DNA from: Candidatus Bathyarchaeota archaeon
GTDB taxonomy: Archaea > Thermoproteota > Bathyarchaeia > TCS64
Direction of reading: 5' to 3'
NCBI GenBank assembly: GCA_963771885.1
Contig: CAVYVF010000023.1
Span: 640,001 to 704,000 of the forward strand
Length of the DNA: 64,000 nt
The notes under the pieces were generated by a model. The model saw only the letters and a program-made list of their open reading frames with translations. It was not told the DNA's origin and made no database searches. Made by a program: the position numbers and the translations under genes. Positions 21,290 through 32,454 of this stretch are shown here, piece after piece (position 1 is the first letter of the stretch; every line of letters starts with the position of its first letter).

Positions 21290-21568
21290 CTATAACTTGG
21301 CTAGGAACTCGCCCATCATCTTGTTGACGTCGGTTCCATCCTCGTACTTTACCGATGCCTTCGTCCTACCGAAGGTGTCGATACTGTGACCCTCGTATGC
21401 GACTTTTCTCTTCAGAACCAACTCGCCTAACTTTGCCATCGCCTTCTTCTCCTGCTCACTGCCCTTGGCTGGAGAGGTGAGGCCTTCGAGAATGACGATC
21501 TGGTCGGTCCTTAGACGGAAGCTGACTCCGTCGACTATCTCGACCGGTGTTGCGACTTTTACTACCAT
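21290..21568 (-). CDS. minimal thermonuclease (SNase) OB-fold protein with degenerate active site
   Basis: IVDG.., L.GL..P, D.FGRT.A.V and DGTDVNKMM pattern; own TTTAAA promoter box. Confidence 0.75.
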   Translation of the reverse strand: MVVKVATPVEIVDGVSFRLRTDQIVILEGLTSPAKGSEQEKKAMAKLGELVLKRKVAYEGHSIDTFGRTKASVKYEDGTDVNKMMGEFLAKL

Positions 21569-21746
21569 GTCGTTCTGATAGGCAACTCATCCATCTATTT
21601 TAAACTTATCTCCTCTTTTTCCTCTGAGTATAAAAGGGTGTGGCGATTGTTCGGCTGCTGCATGTCCCCCTGTTATAATTTCCCTTTGATTGTTTGGCGC
21701 GGGTCGGAGTATTCAGCGAGGGAGCGATGAACGTCGCCATACGGCG

Positions 21747-21760
21747 AAAAGGATTTTATT
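21747..21760 (+). promoter_or_regulatory. BRE/TATA promoter of tRNA-Val
   Basis: AAAAGGATTTTATT about 26-40 nt upstream of the mature tRNA 5' end. Confidence 0.5.
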
Positions 21761-21785
21761 GCCTCTGGCTCCCTAGTGGGTGCGT

Positions 21786-21862
21786 GGGCCGGTAGTCTAG
21801 CTTGGTGGAACGCCGCGTTCACACCGCGGAGGTCGCCGGTTCAAGTCCGGCCCGGCCCACCA
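21786..21862 (+). tRNA. tRNA-Val(CAC), intronless, CCA encoded
   Basis: Acceptor GGGCCGG/CCGGCCC-A-CCA; anticodon arm CCGCG-TTCACAC-CGCGG; T arm GCCGG-TTCAAGT-CCGGC. Confidence 0.96.
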
Positions 21863-21863
21863 T

Positions 21864-23096
21864 TCACGATTCTATTCTGCGGTCTTTCTCGCGTACGAGC
21901 GCCATGAAGACGAGCGCCGCAGCCGCGCAAGCAGTCAAGAACCACCACGCGGGGGAGTAGGAACCGGTAGTATCGATGATATATCCAAAGATAGGTGGCC
22001 CTACTATGTTGCCGATCATGAGGATCATAAGCGAGTAGCCCATGGCGAGTCCCATAGACTCCCTGCGGCTAAACTCGGAGACGAGTATGAGATTTAGGCC
22101 GCCCCAGCCTATCGCGGCGAAGCCGAAGACGCCGAACACGAGGGCGAGCACCCAGAGCGAGGCCCCCGGTGTGATGAATTGCATCACAATCGTCATGGCG
22201 AGCATGATGCTGCAAGCGATGAGCAGGGGCTTGCGCCTGCTCCCACCTAGAACCCTGTCGCTCAAGGCGCCGAAGGTGAGCTTACCAATAACGCCACCCA
22301 CGTTGGCTATGGCGAGGTAGACACCCGCCGTCGTAACTGTCAACCCCACAGCGTCCTTCAGAAAGATAATGAGGTATGTGGTGAAGGAGTAGTCGACAGC
22401 CATGAAGCCTATGCAGGAGACGCTCACGAGGAGCACGTTACGGTCTAGGACGACCTCCCGTATAGCCACCCAGTTTCGAGAAGCACCTGCTACACTCGGC
22501 TTCTCGGCGACAGTCGGAGGATCCCTGTAGACTATCGAGGCTATTACGGCCGCCACCATCGAGACGACACCCACAGCAACGAAGCCATACCTCCAGCCGA
22601 GGCCTACGGCGATGACAGGCAAAGTTATTGCAGTCATTATGCCCGCGACGGTGATCGACGTCTGGTGAAGGCCGATGGCAGTGCCTCTCTCTTTTACGGG
22701 GAACCACTGTAATATCGCCTTAGTAGCTACAGCGGGGAAGCAGCCGCACCCTATTCCTCCAAGGAAGAGGACGGCGGAGGCACCGGGGAGCGTCTCAGTA
22801 AAATACATTGTAACTATAAGCGCCCCGGCTATGAAGGTGCCTGCGAAGAGCATCCTGCGAATACCCACTTTGTCTATCAGCCAGCCAGCGGGGACCTGGA
22901 ATATCGAGTAGCCGAGGGCCGCTGCAGATACGAGAAGACCTATCTCCGTGTTTGAGAGGTGGAGCTCGTCGACTATGAAGGGGGAGAGTGGGGGGACCGT
23001 CACTCTGACCGCGTAGACTGCGAAATATGTCACCCAGGAGATGCCGAGGACTACCCAGCGGAAACCCTCCGCCTTTTCGGCTCCCTTCTTCTCCAT
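21864..23096 (-). CDS. MFS transporter
   Basis: About 12 TM segments, motif A GWLIDKVGIRR, WFPVKERGTA, GALSDRV. Confidence 0.93.
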   Translation of the reverse strand: MEKKGAEKAEGFRWVVLGISWVTYFAVYAVRVTVPPLSPFIVDELHLSNTEIGLLVSAAALGYSIFQVPAGWLIDKVGIRRMLFAGTFIAGALIVTMYFTETLPGASAVLFLGGIGCGCFPAVATKAILQWFPVKERGTAIGLHQTSITVAGIMTAITLPVIAVGLGWRYGFVAVGVVSMVAAVIASIVYRDPPTVAEKPSVAGASRNWVAIREVVLDRNVLLVSVSCIGFMAVDYSFTTYLIIFLKDAVGLTVTTAGVYLAIANVGGVIGKLTFGALSDRVLGGSRRKPLLIACSIMLAMTIVMQFITPGASLWVLALVFGVFGFAAIGWGGLNLILVSEFSRRESMGLAMGYSLMILMIGNIVGPPIFGYIIDTTGSYSPAWWFLTACAAAALVFMALVREKDRRIES

Positions 23097-23318
23097 CAAT
23101 TCCTCCCAACAATTCTCCTACACTGTTAAACCTGTTGGGGCGCAGGGTCGGGTATTCTAAAGCTACAAATTTTCTCTGGTGTTCTCGCTCACCCTATCTA
23201 AAGAACTACCCTTCGCTACTCGGCGAAATTCAGTTTGACATGCTTTGACACAAATAATCACCAAGGCAGGCTTCCTCGGTAAACCCTTATCACGGATACA
23301 CGGCGAACACCATATGGC

Positions 23319-24191
23319 ATGGAGCATCAAAGGATCGGTTCACGGGGTCATCTCTTCACCTGGATGGAGCCCTACCACACGAATGTCTACGCGATAATCT
23401 CCCCCAAGCGCGTCTTCATCGTCGACACCTTCCTCGGCCCCGAGCCAATGGAGGAGGTGAAATCCCAGCTAACCAAGGAGGGCGTCACTGGGAGGCCCTT
23501 CGTCATCTTCAACACACACGCAGATTACGACCACTACTGGGGCAACCAATCCTTCGAGGGCTCAATAATCATCGCCCATGACCAGTCGTTCAAGCGAATA
23601 CACACACAGGGGGAGGAGGGGCTCCACCAGTACGCCGCTCAGGCGATGGGCTCAGTCAAGCTAACACCCCCGAACCTCGTCTTCAGGAAAAAGATAGCCT
23701 TCATGGAGGAGGGGGTCGAGTTCTTCTACACCCCCGGCCACACAGGCGATAGCTCAAGCTGCTATGACTCCGTAGACCATGTACTGCTCCCCGGCGATAA
23801 CCTCGAGGCACCCTACCCCTACGTCAACCTGCTCAATCTCAAGGAATACACACAGAGCCTCGAGGAGTACAAACGCCTCGAGGCGAAGGTGATAATCCCG
23901 GGGCACGACCCGCCACAGCATGATGGTGCGCTCCTCAACGAGAACCTCGCTTACATCCGCGATGTCGCATCAGGGCACATCGACCTCGACACTATAGACC
24001 AGCGAAGGCTACGCGCCCACTACCCCAACACCATTCGCCTCGCTGAGCTATACCTCGAAAAGGCAGACACCAAGAAGGCAAGAAGCTACTACGAGGAGGC
24101 GCTCAAGGTACTCTCCCTCCTTGAGTCAAGCCCCGAGAACAACGAGCGTAGCAAGAAGATCACAGCCCGCCTAACCGAGTTATCTACATAA
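23319..24191 (+). CDS. MBL-fold metallo-hydrolase with C-terminal TPR-like helices
   Basis: VDT, NTHADYDHYWGN, TPGHTGD, LPGD, IPGH; tail LAELY...ARSYYEEALK. Confidence 0.88.
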   Translation: MEHQRIGSRGHLFTWMEPYHTNVYAIISPKRVFIVDTFLGPEPMEEVKSQLTKEGVTGRPFVIFNTHADYDHYWGNQSFEGSIIIAHDQSFKRIHTQGEEGLHQYAAQAMGSVKLTPPNLVFRKKIAFMEEGVEFFYTPGHTGDSSSCYDSVDHVLLPGDNLEAPYPYVNLLNLKEYTQSLEEYKRLEAKVIIPGHDPPQHDGALLNENLAYIRDVASGHIDLDTIDQRRLRAHYPNTIRLAELYLEKADTKKARSYYEEALKVLSLLESSPENNERSKKITARLTELST

Positions 24192-24314
24192 CACCACGCT
24201 CAAGGGAGGCGGGATAGATCCAACTGGATTAACCGCGCGCAAGCAAGAAAACAGCTCCATTGGCAATCTTAAATGATCAAAAACAAATACGTAGTAACCC
24301 GCAAGTGCACTAAA

Positions 24315-24361
24315 TGACGCTGAAATGGCTCATTTTCAGTCACGAAAAACGCTTAAAGCGT
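24315..24361. terminator. two imperfect hairpins between convergent genes
   Basis: TGACGCTGAAATG-GCT-CATTTTCAGTCA and ACGCT-TAA-AGCGT. Confidence 0.35.
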
Positions 24362-24402
24362 CCCGAAAAGAGCCAAAAAGAAGCTCAAACCAAGTCTCTC
24401 TT

Positions 24403-25056
24403 TTACCTCGATAGAGCCCTTAGCGCGTCGAAGGAGCGCCCAGCGTCGTCCTCCCTGAGTACGAGGCTGATCTCTCCATCCGCCTCGTGGGCCTCTATCG
24501 CATGGACGCCGTTCTGCGAGAGGACGTCAACGATCATAGTGAGCGCCCCCGCGAGCCCCTCCATAGCGGCGGGGAGGCGGAGATGGAGTTCCGCGAATCC
24601 TTCTTGTATCTCGACCTTGTGATCCCTCAACCCCTCCTTGATCCTCTCCGCGTCGGACTGGTTTGTGTAGATCCTTATCCCCAACTGAGTCTGGTGGAGG
24701 CTGAGCATGTAACTGTCGAAGGCGCCGAGCTTGAGCACGTCGGCGACTATCATTCTATGACTCACTGGGGGCGCCATGATTAGGACCTCCGAGATGCCGG
24801 TAACAAGGTTGAGCCTGCTACCCGCCAGGGGGCTCTTCGGCACCTGCGGCTCCTCAAGCTGGTTGCTCAGGCGCATTATGGCGGTGACTATGGTGTTAGG
24901 GTCCACCTCGTCGCCGAAGGTACTCTGCACCTCCCCCTGAATATAGCGGGCGAGGGCGCTGTAGTTGACCACTCTCATCCGCAGCCCCCTGTACAGGTAG
25001 GGGTTTCGAGTGACTATGATTCTGACGACGTCCTGTACGCTTGAGCGCCCAGACAT
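24403..25056 (-). CDS. archaeal ACT-domain regulatory protein
   Basis: N-terminal VVNYSALARYI...IVTAIMR helical domain plus ACT-like G.L..IVD.LSQNGV. Confidence 0.8.
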   Translation of the reverse strand: MSGRSSVQDVVRIIVTRNPYLYRGLRMRVVNYSALARYIQGEVQSTFGDEVDPNTIVTAIMRLSNQLEEPQVPKSPLAGSRLNLVTGISEVLIMAPPVSHRMIVADVLKLGAFDSYMLSLHQTQLGIRIYTNQSDAERIKEGLRDHKVEIQEGFAELHLRLPAAMEGLAGALTMIVDVLSQNGVHAIEAHEADGEISLVLREDDAGRSFDALRALSR

Positions 25057-25118
25057 ATGTTTCTCACCAGCCCTCGAGGCGGATTTAACCCTTCTGACAC
25101 CGTTTTAAAAACATTACT

Positions 25119-25158
25119 ATATGTCAAATACATGACATATTGACATAATATTTATAAG
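25119..25158 (+). promoter_or_regulatory. inverted-repeat operator and TATA box of hsp20-cdc48
   Basis: ATATGTCA-N6-TGACATAT, a further TGACATA copy, then TTTATAAG. Confidence 0.7.
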
Positions 25159-25190
25159 AGAGCCACACCCAACCCAGAACAGTGAAAGAC

Positions 25191-25706
25191 ATGACATGGA
25201 ACAACAGGCGGAGACCTTTCAGGGGAATCTTCGAGGAGATGTTTGGCGACCTCTGGGGATTCGAAACCGACATGGGAAAGATGCTCGACGAGATGCAGAG
25301 CAGTCCCAACGCCCAGACGTGGTACTACGGTTACCAGGTCAACATCGGCCCCGACGGTAAGCCCCACGTCAAGGAGTTCGGGAACGTCCGCCCACACGGA
25401 GGCAAGATGCAGCTGGGAGTACGCGAGCCTCTCGTAGACGTATCAGTCGACGAGAAGCAGGGTAACGTCAAGGTAGTCGTCGAGATGCCCGGCGCCGACA
25501 AGGACAGTATAAAGATCAACGCAACCGAGGAGCACATCATAATAACTGCGAACAACTCGGGCAAGCCCTACAACGCCGAGGTACCACTCAGCGTGAAGGT
25601 GGACCCGAACACCGCCGACGCGAGCTACACGAACGGGATACTCCAGGTCATCTTCAAGACCAAGGGACCTGAGCCGCCGAAGGGCGTCAATGTCAGGATA
25701 AAGTAG
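25191..25706 (+). CDS. hsp20: archaeal small heat shock protein Hsp20
   Basis: YYGYQVNIGPDGKPHVKEFGN, REPLVDV, EMPG, ASYTNGILQV. Confidence 0.96.
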   Translation: MTWNNRRRPFRGIFEEMFGDLWGFETDMGKMLDEMQSSPNAQTWYYGYQVNIGPDGKPHVKEFGNVRPHGGKMQLGVREPLVDVSVDEKQGNVKVVVEMPGADKDSIKINATEEHIIITANNSGKPYNAEVPLSVKVDPNTADASYTNGILQVIFKTKGPEPPKGVNVRIK

Positions 25707-25737
25707 ACTAGTTTTCTGGGAAAAACATGGAGGATAG

Positions 25738-27924
<2,187 letters not shown>

Positions 27925-27994
27925 ACGCCGCCATTTTCTACCATAGGGATAGGTTAATACGGGGAGCCGCCGGCGGTTTAGACGGGTACCCATT

Positions 27995-29773
27995 ATGCCC
28001 ATCCGCCAACCAATCGTCTGCATGCTCGGACACGTAGACACCGGGAAGACAAGCCTCCTCGACAAGATCAGGGGTACCGCTGTCCAGCTACGCGAGGCGG
28101 GGGGCTTGACCCAGCAGATAGGCGCTAGCTATTTCCCCCTGGAAACGCTCGTCGCCATCACCCAGAAGCTCGTCAAAGGCTTCAAGGTCAACATCCAGAT
28201 TCCCGGCCTCCTAGTCGTCGACACCCCCGGACACGAGGCCTTTGCAAATCTCCGCCGCCGCGGTGGAAGTGTAGCCGACATAGCCATACTCGTCGTCGAT
28301 GTCATGCACGGCTTCGAGAACCAGACCTACGAGAGCCTACGAATACTCAAGAGCCGAAAAACCCCTTTCATCATCGCCGCCAATAAAATTGACCGCATCG
28401 AAGGGTGGCGCCCAAAAGAAGGCATAGCTTTCCTCCAAACCTACGCCGAGCAGCAGCAACTCGTACAAGAGGATCTCGACAATAGACTCTACAGCATGAT
28501 GGGCGTCCTAAGCAGGGAGGCCATAAGCTCCGAGCGCTTCGACAGGGTCCGAGACTTCACGAGAAACGTCGCCATCGTACCGGTCAGCGCCAAGACCGGC
28601 GAGGGGGTGGGAGAGCTACTCGCCGTACTCATCGGCCTCACACAGCAGTATATGCAGGACAAGCTCAAGGTGACCGAGGGTAGGGCACAGGGCACCGTCT
28701 TAGAGGTCCGCGAGGAGGTCGGGCTCGGACACACCCTTAACGCGATAATCTACGATGGCGTTCTCAAGGCTGAGGACACAATAGTCATCGGCGGTAAAAA
28801 CGGGCCGCTCGCCACGAAGATACGCGCCCTTCTCATGCCGCAGCCCCTTGACGAGATCAGGGACCCGAAGAAAAAGTTCACAACTATAATGGAGGTCCCA
28901 GCCGCGGCGGGTATCAAGATAGCGGCGCCCGACATCGAGGAGGCACTCCCTGGCTCACCCCTCATCGTCCTTGGTGAGGGCATGACGCAGGAGCAGGCTT
29001 TCGCCGACATCCGGCGTGAGATGGAGAGCGTCAAGGTCCAGACCGATAAAACCGGCATCATAGTTAAGACAGACACACTCGGCAGCCTCGAGGTTCTCGT
29101 GGAGAGTCTCCGAGCCCGAGACATCCCCATCCGCCTCGCCGACATCGGCGACATCAGCCGCCGAGACGTCATGGAGGCATCCTCCGTCCGTTTCGAGGAA
29201 CCCCTCTACGGCGCGGTGCTTGCCTTCAACGTCAAGATACTCCCAGACGCCGAGACCGAGGCAGAGGAGCAGCGCGTGAAGATCTTCAGGAATGACATCA
29301 TCTACAACCTCATGGAGGAGTACGTCAAGTGGATGGAGGGTGAGCGTGAGGCGAAGGCTCGGAAGGAGTTCGAGACGCTCGTCCACCCGGTGAAGATCCA
29401 GATCATGGACGGCTTCATCTTCCGCCGCGCAAAGCCAGCCATCTTTGGTGTACGCGTTGAGGCTGGCGTCCTCATACCCAACTCCCTCATGGTCAACAGG
29501 GAAAACGAGGGCCTGGGGCGCCTGACGCAGATTCAGGACCAGGGAGCCGCCGTCAGCAAAGCGGAGGAGGGTAAGGAGGTCGCCGTCTCGATGCCCGCAC
29601 CGATCGTCGGTAGACATATAAAAGAGCGAGATGTTCTCTACGTGGACGTTCCGGAGAAAGACGCCAGAGTGCTGCGAAACAAATTCGCAACCCGCCTGAC
29701 GGAAAACGCCAACAAGGCACTCCAGGAACTAATAGAAGTAAAGAGAAAGAAGGACCCACTCTGGGCTATATAG
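27995..29773 (+). CDS. infB: translation initiation factor IF-2 (aIF5B)
   Basis: RQPIV..LGHVDTGKT, DTPGHEAF, NKID, DTLGSLE. Confidence 0.97.
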   Translation: MPIRQPIVCMLGHVDTGKTSLLDKIRGTAVQLREAGGLTQQIGASYFPLETLVAITQKLVKGFKVNIQIPGLLVVDTPGHEAFANLRRRGGSVADIAILVVDVMHGFENQTYESLRILKSRKTPFIIAANKIDRIEGWRPKEGIAFLQTYAEQQQLVQEDLDNRLYSMMGVLSREAISSERFDRVRDFTRNVAIVPVSAKTGEGVGELLAVLIGLTQQYMQDKLKVTEGRAQGTVLEVREEVGLGHTLNAIIYDGVLKAEDTIVIGGKNGPLATKIRALLMPQPLDEIRDPKKKFTTIMEVPAAAGIKIAAPDIEEALPGSPLIVLGEGMTQEQAFADIRREMESVKVQTDKTGIIVKTDTLGSLEVLVESLRARDIPIRLADIGDISRRDVMEASSVRFEEPLYGAVLAFNVKILPDAETEAEEQRVKIFRNDIIYNLMEEYVKWMEGEREAKARKEFETLVHPVKIQIMDGFIFRRAKPAIFGVRVEAGVLIPNSLMVNRENEGLGRLTQIQDQGAAVSKAEEGKEVAVSMPAPIVGRHIKERDVLYVDVPEKDARVLRNKFATRLTENANKALQELIEVKRKKDPLWAI

Positions 29774-29786
29774 GAGAATAGAAACA

Positions 29787-30194
29787 ATGCCACTGCTAAT
29801 CGTCTCCGACCCCTCAACCGGAAAGAGCCAGAAGGTAGAGCTCGAGGACGCTAGGATGACCCCCCTCATTGGAAAAAAGATCGGTGACGTAGTCGACGGC
29901 GCCGTCGCCAACATGGCCGGTTACAAGCTTAAGATAACGGGCGGGACCGACAAGGACGGCATACCCATGCGCCCAGACATACACGGCTCCGCCAAGAGTC
30001 ATATCATCCTCAGTGGAGGCGTCGGCTTTCACCCAAAGTCGGAGGGTGAAAGGAGGCGCAAGGTCATCCGTGGGAACACTATTAGCTCCGAGTCGAAGTT
30101 CCTCAACCTCTCCATCGTGGGTCAGCCAAAGGGTAAGAAGCCAGTGGAGAAGAAGGTAGCCGACGAGAAGCCCGCGGAAGAGAAGACCGAGTAA
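29787..30194 (+). CDS. rps6e: 30S ribosomal protein S6e
   Basis: LKITGGTDKDGIPMR, GERRRKVIRGN. Confidence 0.97.
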   Translation: MPLLIVSDPSTGKSQKVELEDARMTPLIGKKIGDVVDGAVANMAGYKLKITGGTDKDGIPMRPDIHGSAKSHIILSGGVGFHPKSEGERRRKVIRGNTISSESKFLNLSIVGQPKGKKPVEKKVADEKPAEEKTE

Positions 30195-30474
30195 ACCTCG
30201 TCTCACATTTATGAACACCGGGAAAACCCCGGTTATCTTTTCTTAATCATATTAAGCCCAAGTTACTATATTATCATTAGTAGAATGAGGTTATTATCAG
30301 ACGAAACTTCAAGCGACAGGCGTTATTGGCTTCGACGAGAAATTTAGCGGAGGCATACTGGAGGGCAAGGTGATCTTCGTATGCAGCGCGCATGAGCGAT
30401 CTATTCATGATACTGGAACCTATGTTGAACGCTCATGACCGTGACTCTGGAAACCCCGTTCATCAATTCCGCGC

Positions 30475-30639
30475 TTACATCAAGCGATAATCGACTCTGT
30501 ATAGCTTCAGATAGTCCTGTGGACCATCCGCGCCTCTCATAACTGTACCGTCGACGTAGGACAAATTCACTCTGTTAAGGATACCGAGGAACTCCTCTTC
30601 GGATATCCTTGTGCGCGCGCCAATTGTAAGCCCTCGCAC
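30475..30639 (-). CDS. putative 54-aa protein divergent from aIF2gamma (not in ORF track)
   Basis: GTG...TAA encoding MRGLTIGARTRISEEEFLGILNRVNLSYVDGTVMRGADGPQDYLKLYRVDYRLM; AT-rich box at 30661-30674 usable on both strands. Confidence 0.4.
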   Translation of the reverse strand: MRGLTIGARTRISEEEFLGILNRVNLSYVDGTVMRGADGPQDYLKLYRVDYRLM

Positions 30640-30691
30640 CTCTCGTGGAAGGCGCTTCGATAAATGTATTTAAGAGGGGGCGGGTCAATGT

Positions 30692-31954
30692 TTGAGTCCA
30701 GCGCAGGGGATAATCATACCTAAGTTAGTAAAGCAGCCCGAGGTAAACATCGGCACGATCGGTCACGTAGACCACGGAAAGACGACGCTCGTACAGGCGA
30801 TCACGGGCCAGTGGGCATCAAAGCACAGCGAGGAGCTGAAGAGGGGCATCACCATCAAACTCGGATACGCCGACTTCGCCATCTACAAATGCCCCGACTG
30901 CGAGGAGCCCAAGTGCTTCTGTTCGTCCCCCGAATGCGCCGGCTGCGGCAAGAAGGCCGAGTTCCAGCGCGCCATCAGCTTCGTAGACGCCCCCGGTCAC
31001 GAGATACTGATGGCGACGATGCTCTCAGGTGCAGCTGTCATGGATGGAGCCATACTGGTCATCGCGGCCAACGAGAAGTGCCCACAGCCTCAGACGCGCG
31101 AGCACCTCGCCGCCATCGACACGCTAGGCCTTAAGAACCTGATAATCGTCCAGAACAAGATTGACCTCGTTAAACGCGAGGACGCGGTAAAAAGCTACAA
31201 CGATATAGTGAAATTCGTAGATGGCACAGTGGCGGAGGAAGCCCCTATAATCCCCGTCTCTGCGCAGCACCAGCTCAACATAGACATGCTCCTACAGGCG
31301 ATACAGGAGTACTTGCCCACGCCGAAGCGGGACCCCAAAAAACCCGGGCGTATGCACATCGTAAGGAGCTTCGACGTCAACAACCCCGGCACATTCATCG
31401 AGGACCTCAGCGGAGGCGTCCTCGGCGGCAGCATCTACCAGGGTAGCTTCAAGGTAGGCGACGAGGTCGAGATAAAACCCGGTCTCCCAACACGCGACAA
31501 AAACAAGCTCAAAATGAAGGAACTCGTGACCGAGATCACCAGCCTGCACATCGGGGGAACGACCCTTGAAGAAGCAATACCTGGTGGACTAGTCGGCATC
31601 GGAACCCTACTCGACCCGAGCATCAGTAAGAGCGACGGCCTCGTAGGTAGCCTCCTCGGAAAACCAGGTACGCTCCCCGAGGTGAGGGACGAGCTATCCA
31701 TGAAGGTCAAGCTGTTCGGAAGCGTCATCGGGAGCAAGGATCAGGAGAAGGTGGCGGGCATCGCCAAAGGTGAAAAACTTCTCCTCAACGTCGGCACAGC
31801 CAAGACCATGGCGGACGTCACCGCTGTAAAGAAAGACTACCTCGAGGCAAAGCTCACGATCCCCATCTGCGGCGAAGAGACCGACAGAGTGGCACTGAGC
31901 AGAAGAGTAGATGGACGCTGGCGCCTAATCGGAGCCGGAGTCCTGACCAACTGA
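30692..31954 (+). CDS. eif2g: translation initiation factor 2 gamma subunit (start uncertain: TTG 30692 or ATA 30716)
   Basis: QPEVNIGTIGHVDHGKTT, HSEELKRGITIKLGYA, Zn knuckle, DAPGHE, RWRLIG. Confidence 0.97.
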   Translation: MSPAQGIIIPKLVKQPEVNIGTIGHVDHGKTTLVQAITGQWASKHSEELKRGITIKLGYADFAIYKCPDCEEPKCFCSSPECAGCGKKAEFQRAISFVDAPGHEILMATMLSGAAVMDGAILVIAANEKCPQPQTREHLAAIDTLGLKNLIIVQNKIDLVKREDAVKSYNDIVKFVDGTVAEEAPIIPVSAQHQLNIDMLLQAIQEYLPTPKRDPKKPGRMHIVRSFDVNNPGTFIEDLSGGVLGGSIYQGSFKVGDEVEIKPGLPTRDKNKLKMKELVTEITSLHIGGTTLEEAIPGGLVGIGTLLDPSISKSDGLVGSLLGKPGTLPEVRDELSMKVKLFGSVIGSKDQEKVAGIAKGEKLLLNVGTAKTMADVTAVKKDYLEAKLTIPICGEETDRVALSRRVDGRWRLIGAGVLTN

Positions 31955-32364
31955 TGACGCCCCGGAAACCTATCCGGGTCTTATTGGACACTAACTTCCT
32001 CATGCTACCGATAAGATTCGGCGTGGATCTCCGCCCCGAGCTCGGGCGTGTACTCGAGGCATCGTTTTCACTCGCAACAACCCCCGCCGTCCTCGACGAG
32101 TTACGGCGGCTCAAAACGAACGTGAAGACGCGCGAGCTGAAGAACATCGAGTACGCGCTGACTATAGCGGAGGGAGTGGAGAAGATCGACGACGTCCTCT
32201 GCCCCGGGGAGGATGTCGATGATCAACTAGTACGCCTCGCAGATATGGAGGGTGTAATAGTCGCGACGACGGACTCAGAGCTCCGCCGGAGAATCAGGCA
32301 GAAGTACCGGCCGGTCGTGTTCATGAGGCAGAGGCGCTACCTCTCAATCGACGGCATAATCTAG
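31954..32364 (+). CDS. PIN-domain protein (Fcf1/Utp24-like)
   Basis: VLLDTNFLM, V.DEL, VDD, VATTDSELR; conserved position after eif2g. Confidence 0.9.
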   Translation: MTPRKPIRVLLDTNFLMLPIRFGVDLRPELGRVLEASFSLATTPAVLDELRRLKTNVKTRELKNIEYALTIAEGVEKIDDVLCPGEDVDDQLVRLADMEGVIVATTDSELRRRIRQKYRPVVFMRQRRYLSIDGII

Positions 32365-32454
32365 TATTTCTGTTCTATGTAGACCATCTGGGTTTTTATA
32401 CAAAAAGCTGGTTATTCCTTGCGGTCTCAAGAGACCGAAATAGGAGGCTGAAGG

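Noticed and set aside
21786..21862. tRNA-Val as an integration site
   Set aside because: I saw no duplicated tRNA end and no integrase in the window, and the flanking genes have host-like composition.
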